The position numbers and the translations under genes were made by a program. A stretch of 64,000 bases of DNA. Origin: Macrostomum lignano. Lineage: Eukaryota. Shown here one piece after another: positions 1 to 13,200 of the stretch (position 1 is the first letter of the stretch; each line of letters begins with the position of its first letter). The notes below the pieces were generated by a model. The model did not search any database, was not told the DNA's origin, and saw only the letters and a list, made by a program, of their open reading frames with translations. The DNA is taken from positions 63,967 to 127,966 of the forward strand of contig NIVC01002338.1 in NCBI GenBank assembly GCA_002269645.1, given 5' to 3'.

Positions 1-1269
1 TCACAAAAGCTTTAAAACTACCAACATTCATTCATTTTTATTGCTCTACCTTGCACGCATAATATCAAGAGATTGAATGGTCTTTTTAAAGTCTTGACTT
101 AGTTATTTAGTGGCTAATACTATTAAGCATAGTAACTAGATATAAGAAATGTTCCTATAAGTCCTAACATTATTAATATATTTTATTTAAAAACTCATAT
201 CTCTATGAATAGCCAAAGCAAAACTTTAATTGGCTTTCTGAATTGCAACTAATCTAAAATACTAATTGAAAATAAATGTTTTAATTGCCAAAAAGTAAAT
301 CATATTAAATATTAAACATGGTGCCTACCTATACATAGATTGAGACAAATCATATTTAATTTAGTGAATAGTTTATAAATTTATTTAGATGATATCATGT
401 ATGGCACTGTATATCTTTATAACTATAAATTAAACTTATATACTAATAGGTAGCAGCATTAATATTATATTTATTAAGACATCAAAGTTTAGTTTTATAT
501 ATAGAGGGACTAGGCCCCTATAATATAGTAGCAATATAAGTACTCTAGCAAAGCAAAAGAGGGAAAAGGTTTCTAGCTTATAGACACAGTGTTTATTTTT
601 TTTTAGGCCTAACTATGGCTTGGGAATCTATGGAATATGACAACAACTACTATATTTCTATAGTTGTAGCCATAAGAGCAGCTATCTACCATATATATAT
701 ATCTGCAGTTGCTATAGACACTTATTTTTATTATATTTGCCTAGATCCCATAGGCATAGCCATAGCTAGGCCTATGGCAAAACATTAAATGGACTAAAAA
801 AGAAACATTAAATTATAGTATTATTTTGTATTGAACCAAAATGAACTAAAATATTAACATATATTAGGCCTATTCAAAGTAATAAGTTGAAGTTCTCTTG
901 TAAATAATATGGCTATGGCTAGGGCCTATGGGTGTTGAAAACATTAGGCCTATCATAATTTTCTTTTTAGTAGTTTGGCCAAATTTTGATTTTAGAAGGC
1001 TTTATTATTGTAAGATTATATATATAGTTCATAATATACTTTAACTAGGCCTATCTAATCTACCCTAATTTGCATTTTATTTAAAGTTAATAAAACCAAT
1101 AATTCATTCTGCTATTAACCATTCTGTTATGGATTCCACATTTTAATATATTATTCTATTCTGATTCCATTGTAGATTTCGCATTTTATTAAGTGCCCTA
1201 AATAGTTTTTAAGAAAAGATAGCCATATCAAAAGCCTAGTCTAGAAATCTAGATCCCCTTGCCCTGGCC

Positions 1270-1829
1270 GGTAATCTTTCCTTACCCGACCGTAAATTAT
1301 TTTCGGCTTCCTGTTTCAGTTTCTTTTAATTTTTTGGCTGAAGTTGTGTATATTTGTGGGGCGCACATTTTAAGAAAAGAAAAAAATGTTTTTAATTTTA
1401 GATTTTTTAATTTTTTAATAATTTTTCTCAAAAATTATTTCTCATGTCTTTAACGTGTTTTCTGCATCCTTTTAGCAATGCCACTGTCAACCACTCCCTC
1501 AACTTCGTCAACCCTGCGGACCCAACTGTGCACACCCAGAACATCGAGAGAACGTGGGGTCATGTCAAGGCCAAGCTAAGACGGATGCGTGACATGTCGG
1601 GCACACTCTTTGACACTTACCTCCAGGAGTTTATCTGGAAGTGCCATTGGGGAGGAGAGCATCATTTTGAAAATTTCATTTACTGGGTCTGGCACTACTA
1701 CCCATGCTGACTTTTACCCATGCTAACTTTTAGTTTTTACCGTAAGCCTATAAAAATATTTACATTTTAAATATAAAAAATTCGAAAAAACTTAGAAAAT
1801 AATTTACAGTCAGGTAAGGAAAGATTACC
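1270..1829 (+). mobile_element. Non-autonomous Merlin (IS1595/ISXO2-like) DNA transposon, 560 bp
   Basis: 30-bp TIRs ggtaatctttccttacccgaccgtaaatta (1270-1299) vs the reverse complement at 1800-1829 (2 mismatches); exact 8-bp TSD ccctggcc (1262-1269, 1830-1837); internal transposase remnant. Confidence 0.9.
1444..1710 (+). pseudogene. Merlin/ISXO2-type DDE transposase C-terminal fragment
   Basis: TVNHSLNFVNPADPTVHTQNIERTWGHVK...YLQEFIWK matches the NH..FV.P..G.HTQ.IE..W motif of IS1595/Merlin transposases; N-terminal and catalytic regions absent. Confidence 0.85.
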
Positions 1830-2009
1830 CCCTGGCCCCTGGCCTTATTTATGTTAGAAATTTTTTGACATAAAGTTGAATATTTACAATTGGGAATTTA
1901 TATACTTAATGCTATATGGCTATATGCTAGGCCCTAGTCTAAGTCTACTATAAATTCAAATTGAAAAGAAAGCCTTGGCTATTGGCATCTAGGCCTAGCT
2001 AGGGCCTAT

Positions 2010-2415
2010 CCACATCTTAAAGCATAAACAGGCAAGGTATGAGTGGAAAAACCCCCAACTCCATACCAACACCATTGAAGGGAGATGGGGAAACTGCAAG
2101 GCGAAGTTCTGATTCTGAGCAATGCATGGGACATCTAATGCTGCAATGCACTGTTTGAGAGCCACCTGCAGGAGTACATCATGTACATGTGGTGTCAACA
2201 GTTCAATGGCACCACTTTGGGAACATCCTATACTGGATTAGCCAATACTATCCACTGTAGTGCGACTGACTGACTAGCTTCTTGTATCGTATTTTCTTTT
2301 TTTGTTATTAGGGCCTATGCTCATGTCTGTTGCGCCATTCAAACTCGTTTTATAATACTGTATAATATTGCGTTAGGGCCTAAAATAATTTAACGCGGGA
2401 AACTGAAAGATCGCC
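2010..2415 (+). mobile_element. Second, degenerate Merlin fragment (transposase C-terminus plus right TIR)
   Basis: HTNTIEGRWGNCKAKF...LFESHLQEY...HHFGNILYWISQYYPL* with stops and frameshifts; 2386-2415 reverse-complements to ggcgatctttcagtttcccgcgttaaatta, similar to the TIR at 1270; left TIR not found. Confidence 0.7.
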
Positions 2416-4462
2416 ATCTCATTAACATAGCCTCACGAGACCGTGAAGAGAGAAGACACAGAAAAAAACAGACAATTACTGTCTTCGAAATCTTAATATC
2501 TTATTAAAGTGAGCTGCTTTAGAGAGCATCTCAAACAAGAAGCTAGCTTGCATGCCGCTTCAAGAGTTCGAGATCGTTTTCCGTTTGAACTACGACTAAA
2601 AAGCGACTAAATAACAAAGAAGTCAATAAAACAGAGAAAAGGAAAATTATAAAAGTGTTCTAAAATTTTGTTTGCTGAATTCTTACGCATGATAAAAATG
2701 TTTTTTTATTTTTTTTCGTGGTCTCTTTTAGTAATGTGTGTACATTTGCTTAGCTGTGTCAACGATTTTTGTCGGGTTTTTCCACTGATTTCTAAGTTTA
2801 CCCTCAGCCATGGAGAGAATTAAAAATTTAGTGCAAGCTGTCATTCACCAATATGTTCATGTTTATTTTTTCTTTGAACTATAATTTGTTCCTTAAAATA
2901 AATTTCGTTCGCGACACGCAACTTTTGTAAGCAAGTTGGTACGAGCTCGTACATGTACGCTTCAGCAAATAAGAATTTCGATGCCTGGATTACGTATTTA
3001 AGGCACTGCCCATGCCACTGTCCCATTGTCTAGCATATTGCTTTAACGTACTCAGCCAGCTGTCGATAAGAAACAACTTTTGGCAGTCCAGAATCAACGT
3101 TTGCTTTAATTTCTTTAGATTTTAAACTACAGATTGACATTCTCATGTAAATGGTTTTTTCCGAAGCTATGGCATTAATTTAGCTATATCAGAAAAATAA
3201 AGTCGAAATAAATCAATAAAATCGATAGTTCCATGCAAATTTGACAACTAATATTTTACAACCAAGGAATACGAAACGAATATTGATAGATGTGCTCAGA
3301 ATTCAGAAAGTGCTGCAAGACATCCAGAATAATTATTTTATTTACTTAACATAACACATATTGTACAAACATGGTAACTAAAGAATTTTTTACGACTGGC
3401 TACTATATTTCATAAAATAGAGACCAGAGTGACGTAATTGTAGCTCTAAGAAAATAGCATCAAAAAATGCCTCTGTTAAATAGTTTTATATCAAAACAAA
3501 AAAATGTTCGTACAGATAACCATCATTATCGGCATCCATAATAAGAGCGTGGATGACCATTCGCTTTGTTATTTTTAAACTAGTAACAATAATTGAACAC
3601 TGGGACTAGCGAGAATAACAATTGAATACTTTGAGTGTTGAATAATAGGAGACAGATAATGACAAACATTACTGTAGGTAACCTCATGAAAGCAACAAAT
3701 AAAGATAACACGCGTAAGACGCAATAATATTGCAAATCATATCCTATCACTGACCATATAACTAATGTAGTGAAATATTTGAAAGATTAGCAAATCAATT
3801 CTGTACAAACTCATGACAGAATTCATTATCACCACACCGATCAAACTGTGGTGAAATAACTAGATGGGCCACTCACGCATATATACTAGTTAAACAGCTT
3901 TCTACTTTCATATCAGTAGCAAATAGGAATACATAAGCTATTTTATTAAATAAAAATAAAGGCAGCTGATATGACTTGACCTGATATGATATGCAAAAGG
4001 TTGCAGGCGTAAGCAACTTGCTAATTGGTTCAGCAGTAATGTACATTAGCCAGTCCACTGAAATGTACATGGCAGATTTAGGCTGGAATTCCGAGAAAGG
4101 CAATAAAAATTTTGGGCAGGGCGGGGTAGTGTGGAGGGCGCCGTTGGAGGGTTTAGACGGGGGTAAGAGCCAATAAATGAGCCTTGGCTTTAAAAATACA
4201 TTAAAATGCTTCTCTATAACTTGCTACTGAACTGAAAGTAGCTTAAACGCAAATTTGCTGAGTGGCCCATCTACTGTAGTTATCACAAAAATTTTCTACC
4301 GTAAGCTTTAATTTTTTGCAGCTACTTTGCAGTCCAAATTCTACAAGAAACCAATGTAGTTTATGTAAAGCACTGAGTCAGTTGAAACACAAACCAAACA
4401 ATATTAGCGAAAAGAACAAATCCGTGGTTATTTGGGCGACTCTGCGTGTAGAAGAAACGCGA

Positions 4463-4630
4463 TTAGCGAAGAAATATTTGAGCATAGTCAGATATTAGCA
4501 GCTGGGCAAAACAGTTAATTGGCTTCATAACGGTCAGCGAAGCCTGCTGGCGAGACCAGATTAAATTGGGGCCAAAAACGATGCCCAGGTTTACTGCCGT
4601 CATTTTGTTTTTCGATGCGTTCTCAGCCAC
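4463..4630 (-). CDS. ARHGAP1: ARHGAP1-like exon 9 (terminal)
   Basis: ctgcag acceptor, then [28 protein letters not shown]...IFLR* (TAA 4465-4463). Confidence 0.9.
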   Translation of the reverse strand: MAENASKNKMTAVNLGIVFGPNLIWSRQQASLTVMKPINCFAQLLISDYAQIFLR

Positions 4631-7068
4631 CTGCAGTTTGAATGATAATATTAATATTCGATATTTAATAACGATCGCATACAGTACTACTCATCGACTG
4701 ACACACAACTAATGATAGAATATTTTGCAACAAAATTGTAAAAAGAAGAGACAATCAGAAGTGGGATAAGAGACAAAATCAGAGGGATGAGATCAGAGGG
4801 GTGAGATTAAACTAATTGCCGGACCAGACTTAACTACAGGGTTGAGATAAAAGGGGTGAAATCACCGAAGAGATCAGAGGGTGAGATTAGAGGAGAGATT
4901 AGAGGGGATGAGAGAGATCAGAGGGGTGAGATTAGAGGGCATGAGAGAGATCAGAGTGGTGAGATTAGAGGTTGAGATTACAGGGGTTGAGATCAGAGGG
5001 TTCAGACCGGAGGGGTGAGATTACAGAGGGGTTGAGACTAGAGGGGTGAGATTACAGAGGGGTTGAGACTAGAGGGGTGAGATTACAGAGGGGTTGAGAC
5101 TAGAGGGGTGAGATTACAGAGGGGTTGAGATCAGAGGGGTGAGATTACAGAGGGGTTGAGACTAGAGGGGTGAGATTACAGAGGGGTTGAGATCAGAGGG
5201 GTGAGATTACAGAGGGGTTGAGATCAGAGGGGTGAGATTACAGAGGGGTTGAGATCAGAGGGGTGAGATTACAGAGGGGTTGAGATCAGAGGGGTGAGAT
5301 TACAGAGGGGTTGAGATCAGAGGGGTGAGATTACAGAGGGGTTGAGATCAGAGGGGTGAGATTACAGAGGGGTTGAGATCAGAGGGGTGAGATTACAGAG
5401 GGGTTGAGATCAGAGGGGTGAGATTACAGAGGGGTTGAGATCAGAGGGGTGAGATTACAGAGGGGTTGAGACTAGAGGGGTGAGATTACAGAGGGGTTGA
5501 GATCAGAGGAGAGATCAGAAGGGATGAATCAAAATTCAAAGGAGATTAGATGGAAGCAGAGATGTTGGGGGAGAGATGAGAATGAAAGAGCAGCATAACG
5601 GCAGTTAGGCGGTAGGGCAGTGAGCCTCACCTCTGACAGGAAGTGCACAATATAATTGAGCAGATCGTAATTATCGTCAGGCAGCTGGTTGCTGACCAGC
5701 TCCGCGGCGTGGCCGACTTTCTGCTTAGCCGGCAGGCTGTGATTCTCAATCACGGCGTCGTACAGCTCAAATGTGAGCAGCGGCTCGGCCAGCTCGCGGA
5801 GGAAAGTTTTCAACAGTACAGCGGCCAGGTGCGGATCGGCGAGGTCGCGGAATTCCACAGATTCGCCTGTACGGCAAAAAGGGGAAATTTTCCCAAGAGA
5901 GTTGTTGATTCAGTTTGCAAATGCCGCGAGTCAGGTCATTGTCAGGCCAAGGACTACTTAAGTAGAAGGACGGGAAACTACGTTTCTTAGAAAATGTTAA
6001 GGAGGCCTGGTTTTTGCCTAAAGCTACACTACGGAGATAGGAACTCTTCACTTTTTTTTCACATTAAATTTGTTATTGCTTTCGATAGCTAGGAGGCAGA
6101 CCCAATGTTTATCTTTTGACCCGGCATTGTATCCTACATATCCTGTGCCTAAAAACTATTAAAATGGAACTTCCTATCTCCGTAGCGTATTTTTTGGCGA
6201 AAATCAGCCTCCTTAACATTTTCTAAGAAACGTAGTCTTAACTAGTCCTTGTGTCAGGCATGTACACTCTGCTTTGGAGTTTGGCCCTCATAGCTGGGAA
6301 ATTGTGTTACAAATCCTAGGTTAACGCGAAATCGATAGGTAATATATCGATTGGCGATTTATGAGTCGAACGAGTCATTTTTTGAACTATTGCTCCAGCA
6401 CTACTACTAGTAGGAACGACGGGACAGCCTTTTTTCTAAGAAAATCTCGCTTCAAAGCATGAGTAAAATGTCGTTTTCTACGAAACTAATTAATCGAATC
6501 GAGCTTCTCACCTTTATTGTACTTTTCTTGAACCTCTCGCACCAGAGTGACTGAGCAGGACCGCCTGAATATGCCTTCGACATCCAGGCAGCAGTCGCGC
6601 AGGTACGTGACGGTGTGCTCAACTACGGGACAGATGACGCTACCGGCGTTGTAGTGCTTGATGCTGGGCGGGGAACGAGGAGGGAAGATGAGTTGAGGTT
6701 CGAATGCTCGACTCCAGTGAAACAGCCAACAAATTCAAGCCCAACAAATCACGTCTGATAACAGCAGGCCTAGCACTGCATGCATACAGCTTAGGCGATT
6801 CTGGGATCTTACTATAACGAGTACCACATCCAGCATACAGGAACCAAAAACCTTTGTAGAAGACAACTTATTACATATTACATTTTCTAGCTCCTTATGT
6901 TCACATTAAGCTTAGGAAGTGTGATAAATGAGAGCTAGAACCAGTGAATAAATTGATAAATATATCGCTAGAAATGTGAGGATGATGAGGAGACAGACAG
7001 ACAGACACACACACAGACAGACAGACAGACAGACAGACAGAGAGACCCACAGACAGAAAGACACACAC

Positions 7069-7113
<45 letters not shown>

Positions 7114-7120
7114 GAGACCC

Positions 7121-7185
<65 letters not shown>

Positions 7186-7198
7186 TAGACAGACACAC

Positions 7199-7239
<41 letters not shown>

Positions 7240-7252
7240 TAGACAGACACAC

Positions 7253-7291
<39 letters not shown>

Positions 7292-10200
7292 CACAGACAG
7301 ACAGACAGACAGACACACAGACAGACACACAGACAGACACACACACAGACAGACACACAGACAGACACACAGACAGACACACAGACAGACACACAGACAG
7401 ACACACAGACAGACACACAGACAGACACACAGACAGACACACACACACACAGACACACAGACAGACACACAGACAGACACACAGACAGACACACACACAG
7501 ACAGACACACAGACAGACACACAGACAGACACACAGACAGACACACACACAGACAGACACACAGACAGACAGACACACAGACAGACAGACACACACACAC
7601 ACAGACAGACACACAGACAGACACACAGACACACAGACACACAGACAGACACACAGACAGACAGACAGACACACACACAGACAGACACACAGACACACAG
7701 ACAGACACACAGACAGACAGACACACAGACAGACACACAGACAGACACACAGAAAGACACACACACAGACAGACACACAGACAGACAGACACACAGACAG
7801 ACACACACACAGACAGACAGACACACAGACAGACACACACACAGACAGACACACACACAGACAGACACACAGACAGACAGACACACACACACACACACAC
7901 AGACAGACACACAGACAGACACACACACAGACAGACACACACACAGACAGACACACACACAGACAGACACACACACAGACAGACAGACAGACACACAGAC
8001 AGACAGACACACAGACAGACAGACACACAGACAGACACACAGACAGACACACTCACTGCTGCAGGCTGACTCCAAACTGAGTAGTGGGCAGCGGGTTGGC
8101 GGCCAGCCCCCCGACCCCGAGGCCGCCGCTGGCGCAGCCGAGCTCCTCAGAGCTGGCATAGTGAGACGAGCCGGTCCGGCTGCCCGAACGCAAAGAATCG
8201 TCGTATCTGTGGATTTTCGATGAAAGAAAGACTTTTTAGTTTCTGCGTATATTGCCGACTGAGTCAAGAAACTACAAAATGCTTCAAGCGCACATGCCAG
8301 TGTAGCCAATGCTGATATTCAAAATCAAAATTCAGCATTGTATGAGTGTAAAAAGCATTCACTGTGTTGTCAAGGCATATATTAACACTCGGGGCAAGCT
8401 TTAGTTAAAAAAGATCGAATACCTTATGAGTTTTTGACATTGCCTATACGAAAATATTTGTAAGATACAAGGCACTAAATTCTAGACAATAACTACTGAA
8501 TTGAGGACAATGGCTACCGAATTGAGGACAATGGCTACCGAATTGAGGACAATGGCTACCTAATTGAGGACAATGGCTACCGAATTGAGGACAATGGCTA
8601 CCGAATTGAGGACAATGGCTACCGAATTGAGGACAATGGCTACCGAATTGAGGACAATGGCTACAGAATTGAGGACAATGGCTACAGAATTGAGGACAAT
8701 GGCTACAGAATTGAGGACAATAACTACAGAATTGAGGACAATGGCTACAGAATTGAGGACAATGGCTACAGAATTGAGGACAATGGCTACAGAATTGAGG
8801 ACAATAACTACAGAATTGAGGACAATGGCTACAGAATTGAGGACAATGGCTACAGAATTGAGGACAATGGCTACAGAATTGAGGACAATGGCTACAGAAC
8901 TGAGGACAATGGCTACAGAATTGAGGACAATGGCTACAGAATTGAGGACAATGGCTACAGAATTGAGGACAATAACTACAGAATTGAGGACAATGGCTAC
9001 AGAATTGAGGACAATGGCTACAGAATTGAGGACAATAACTACAGAATTGAGGACAATGGCTACAGAATTGAGGACAATGGCTACAGAATTGAGGACAATG
9101 GCTACAGAATTGAGGACAATGGCTACAGAATTGAGGACAATGGCTACAGAATTGAGGACAATGGCTACAGAATTGAGGACAATGGCTACAGAATTGAGGA
9201 CAATGGTTACAGAATTGAGGACAATGGCTACAGAATTGAGGACAATGGCTACAGAATTGAGGACAATAACTACAGAATTGAGGACAATGGCTACAGAATT
9301 GAGGACAATGGCTACAGAATTGAGGACAATGGCTACAGAACTGAGGACAATGGCTACAGAATTGAGGACAATGGCTACCGAATTGAGGACAATGGCTACC
9401 GAATTGAGGACAATGGCTACCGAATTGAGGACAATGGCTACCGAATTGAGGACAATGGCTACCGAATTGAGGACAATGGCTACCGAATTGAGGACAATGG
9501 CTACCGAATTGAGGACAATGGCTACCGAATTGAGGACAATGGCTACCGAATTGAGGACAATGGCTACCGAATTGAGGACAATGGCTACAGAATTGAGGAC
9601 AATGGCTACAGAATTGAGGACAATGGCTACAGAATTGAGGACAATAACTACAGAATTGAGGACAATGGCTACAGAATTGAGGACAATGGCTACAGAATTG
9701 AGGACAATAACTACAGAATTGAGGACAATGGCTACAGAATTGAGGACAATGGCTACAGAATTGAGGACAATGGCTACAGAATTGAGGACAATGGCTACAG
9801 AATTGAGGACAATGGCTACAGAATTGAGGACAATGGCTACAGAATTGAGGACAATGGCTACAGAATTGAGGACAATGGTTACAGAATTGAGGACAATGGC
9901 TACAGAATTGAGGACAATGGCTACAGAATTGAGGACAATAACTACAGAATTGAGGACAATGGCTACAGAATTGAGGACAATGGCTACAGAATTGAGGACA
10001 ATGGCTACAGAACTGAGGACAATGGCTACAGAATTGAGGACAATGGCTACCGAATTGAGGACAATGGCTACCGAATTGAGGACAATGGCTACCGAATTGA
10101 GGACAATGGCTACCGAATTGAGGACAATGGCTACCGAATTGAGGACAATGGCTACCGAATTGAGGACAATGGCTACCGAATTGAGGACAATGGCTACCGA

Positions 10201-13200
10201 ATTGAGGACAATGGCTACCGAATTGAGGACAATGGCTACAGAATTGAGGACAATGGTAACAGAACTGAGGACAATAACTACAGAATTGAGGAGAATGGTA
10301 ACAGAACTGAGGACAATAACTACAGAATTGAGGAGAATGGTAACAGAACTGAGGACAATAACTACAGAATTGAGGACAATGGCTACAGAATTGAGGACAA
10401 TGGCTACAGAATTGAGGACAATGGCTACAGAATTGAGGACAATGGCTACAGAATTGAGGACAATGGTTACAGAATTGAGGACAATGGCTACAGAATTGAG
10501 GACAATGGCTACAGAATTGAGGACAATGGCTACAGAATTGAGGACAATGGCTACAGAATTGAGGACAATGGCTACAGAATTGAGGACAATGGCTACAGAA
10601 TTGAGGACAATGGTTACAGAATTGAGGACAATGGCTACAGAATTGAGGACAATGGCTACAGAATTGAGGACAATGGTTACAGAATTGAGGACAATGGCTA
10701 CAGAATTGAGGAGAATAAATACCAAATCTTGGATAACAACTGCCAAAAAACGACATGCACTGGACAGCAGCTGCAGAAACGCACGAATTCCTGTCAATAT
10801 CCAGCGACAGCCGTTTCAAAGCCGCCGCAATTTCGACGCCTTCCAGCAGATTTGTCGCCTGCGACTCAGCTGCTGCTGCGGCAGCTGTTGCGCACTCGAC
10901 TTCAACCAAGGAGTTCAAAGAGCTTCGCCGGATCAAGCGACACAGTGTGACGCCGCCGGGGTCCCAGCCGGCGCCATGCTTATCCGGTTTGCCGGATTTC
11001 TTTTTCATATTATAGAAATACGACATACTCTGATAGCTTTACAAACGGCTAACAGCCTTTGATTGCTACTTGAAAACGAGCAAGAAATTTCTGCTTTTAA
11101 AAGAAATTACGAAGCAAAGCTATAGTCAGCACTAACTGCTCGACTACAGGAGATAAAAGAGTCAGGGAGGCGGGGCAGAGAAGAGAGACATAGAAAGCAG
11201 CAAATAGACTCGCTCCAGCCGTACACTGAGCAAGCCACGCTGCACAAGTGAGCAAGAAATTTCGAGTTCGCGAAAATAATCTCATATACTCGTACCAGCG
11301 AGAATGTACGCCAAGTCATTACCAAACACACAAACTCGCAATTTCAGGCCTTTTTGGTGCTTTGAAAACTCGAAAAAAGCATTACGAGACTTTAGGCTAT
11401 AAATTAAAACGGCTGGGCTGCAGAGGACTATTCGACTCAAAATTGTTTTTAAATGACCCTGGCTTTTCAATTAAACAAACAGGGTCATCCAATAGAAACT
11501 TTTGACAGCTGGGTCAGCAGGTGGGGCTAAATTAGCAAACACGTTAGATTTTAAAGTGTAAGGCTGCCACGTAATGATTAGATAACACAGCCTATTTTAG
11601 TCAATATAGTGGGCTAGTCCGACTCAGAATTAAAACCTCGCAGATCCTCAGTTGCCTGGCCTCCCAGATCCTCAGTTGCTTGACCCCCCCAGATCCTCAG
11701 TTGCTTGATTTCCCAGATCCTCAGTTGCTTGACCTCCCATGCTGGGCCAGCCTCAAATATTTAGCTACCGGGCCAGCCTCCCAGATCCTCAGTTGCTGGG
11801 CCAGCCTCTTAAATCTTTAGTTGTTGTGCCAGACTCCCAGATTCTCAGTTGCTGGGTCAGCCTCTTAAATATTTAGTTGTTGTGCCAGCCTCCCAGATCC
11901 TCAGTTGCTGGGCCAGGCTCCCAGATCCCAAGTTGCTGGGCCAGCCTCCCAGATCCTCAGTTGCTGGGCCAGCCTCTTAAATCTTTAGTTGTTGTGCCAG
12001 CCTCCCAGATCCTCAGTTGCTTGGCCTCCCAGATCCCCAGTTGCTGGGCCAGCCTCCCAGACCCCCAGTTGCTTGGCCAGCCTCCCAGACCCCCAGTTGC
12101 CAAGAGCACTATCGAGAATGTTAGACATACACTACAAATCAACAATTAGTCTAGTGGGCTTTGTTATATGAGTAATAAAAGCACTAATGTGGACTATACG
12201 TGTTAGCAAACCAGAATTTCAATGTACAAGATAAGCGCCACTGCAGCTCAGGTCTGTTATCATGCTTGTTTCTATATACGCTAAGTAAAACAGAATCAAC
12301 CTACGCGTAGGGTAGATCAGCGTCTGGCGAATCGTCAATAAATATTGGCTCAAGATTGGGCAAATTATTCTTGCCAAAATCTCTAATATGAGCCTGACGC
12401 TCGTCGTATCTGGGATGTGCGCGCAGAATTACTTTATAAACTTCAATTTGCAATACAAATTACAACAATGACGCTACTACACTACTTTAAGTAAAAACAT
12501 TAACATTTAACAGTAAAAAATACTAAAAAATAAGTAAACTCACTCTCTGACTCGCTGAGGAATTGGCATCTGATCGAGGAACAGATTGTGAGACTTCAGC
12601 TCGGACAAATAGTTGACGTAAGCCAACTTGCGGCCGAATTTGACGCTGAGGATGTTTATATAGAGTTTAGATTATAAGCGTATTAAAAGCGTTAGAACTC
12701 TGGGCTCTCTAAGCCGGGGGAATGAGATTCTACAAGACTCAGTTCTGAGATTCTACAAGACTCAGGACTGAGATTCTACAAGACTCAGGACTGAGACTCT
12801 ACAATACTCAGTTCTGAGACTCTACAAGACTCAGTTCTGAGACTCTACAAGATACACACAAAGATACAAGACTCAAAAACTCACCTTAACAAAGGCCTGA
12901 ACAGGTAGTACAAAGCCTTAATTAGCTTAGTAGGATGAACAATAAGAAAAGCTTTGAGATTCTTTTTATATTTGCGATCAAACTCTGAGTAGGCCTGCTT
13001 TAGCCAGGCAAAGCTGGGCTTGTTCTTGCTATTCAATCCGTGATGAAAGTACACCAAAACGTAGTCATTTTCAACGTACTGATTCAGCGTGTTAATAATG
13101 TACTTTAACAGCCGCTGGTGATCAAGCGTGTTGGAGGGCGGCAGCCTGCAGGCGCTGAAGATGATCACCTTGCGGCCGAGACGGTCGTCGCCAACTACTT

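Noticed and set aside
6901-8309. Long C/V/S/L-rich ORFs
   Set aside because: Translation of the GACA/CA microsatellite; the true exon (8057-8206) is in another frame.
8560-10797. 745-832-aa repeat ORFs (IVLNSVA, RTMATEL)
   Set aside because: A 21-bp unit is a multiple of 3 and stop-free in several frames; intronic.
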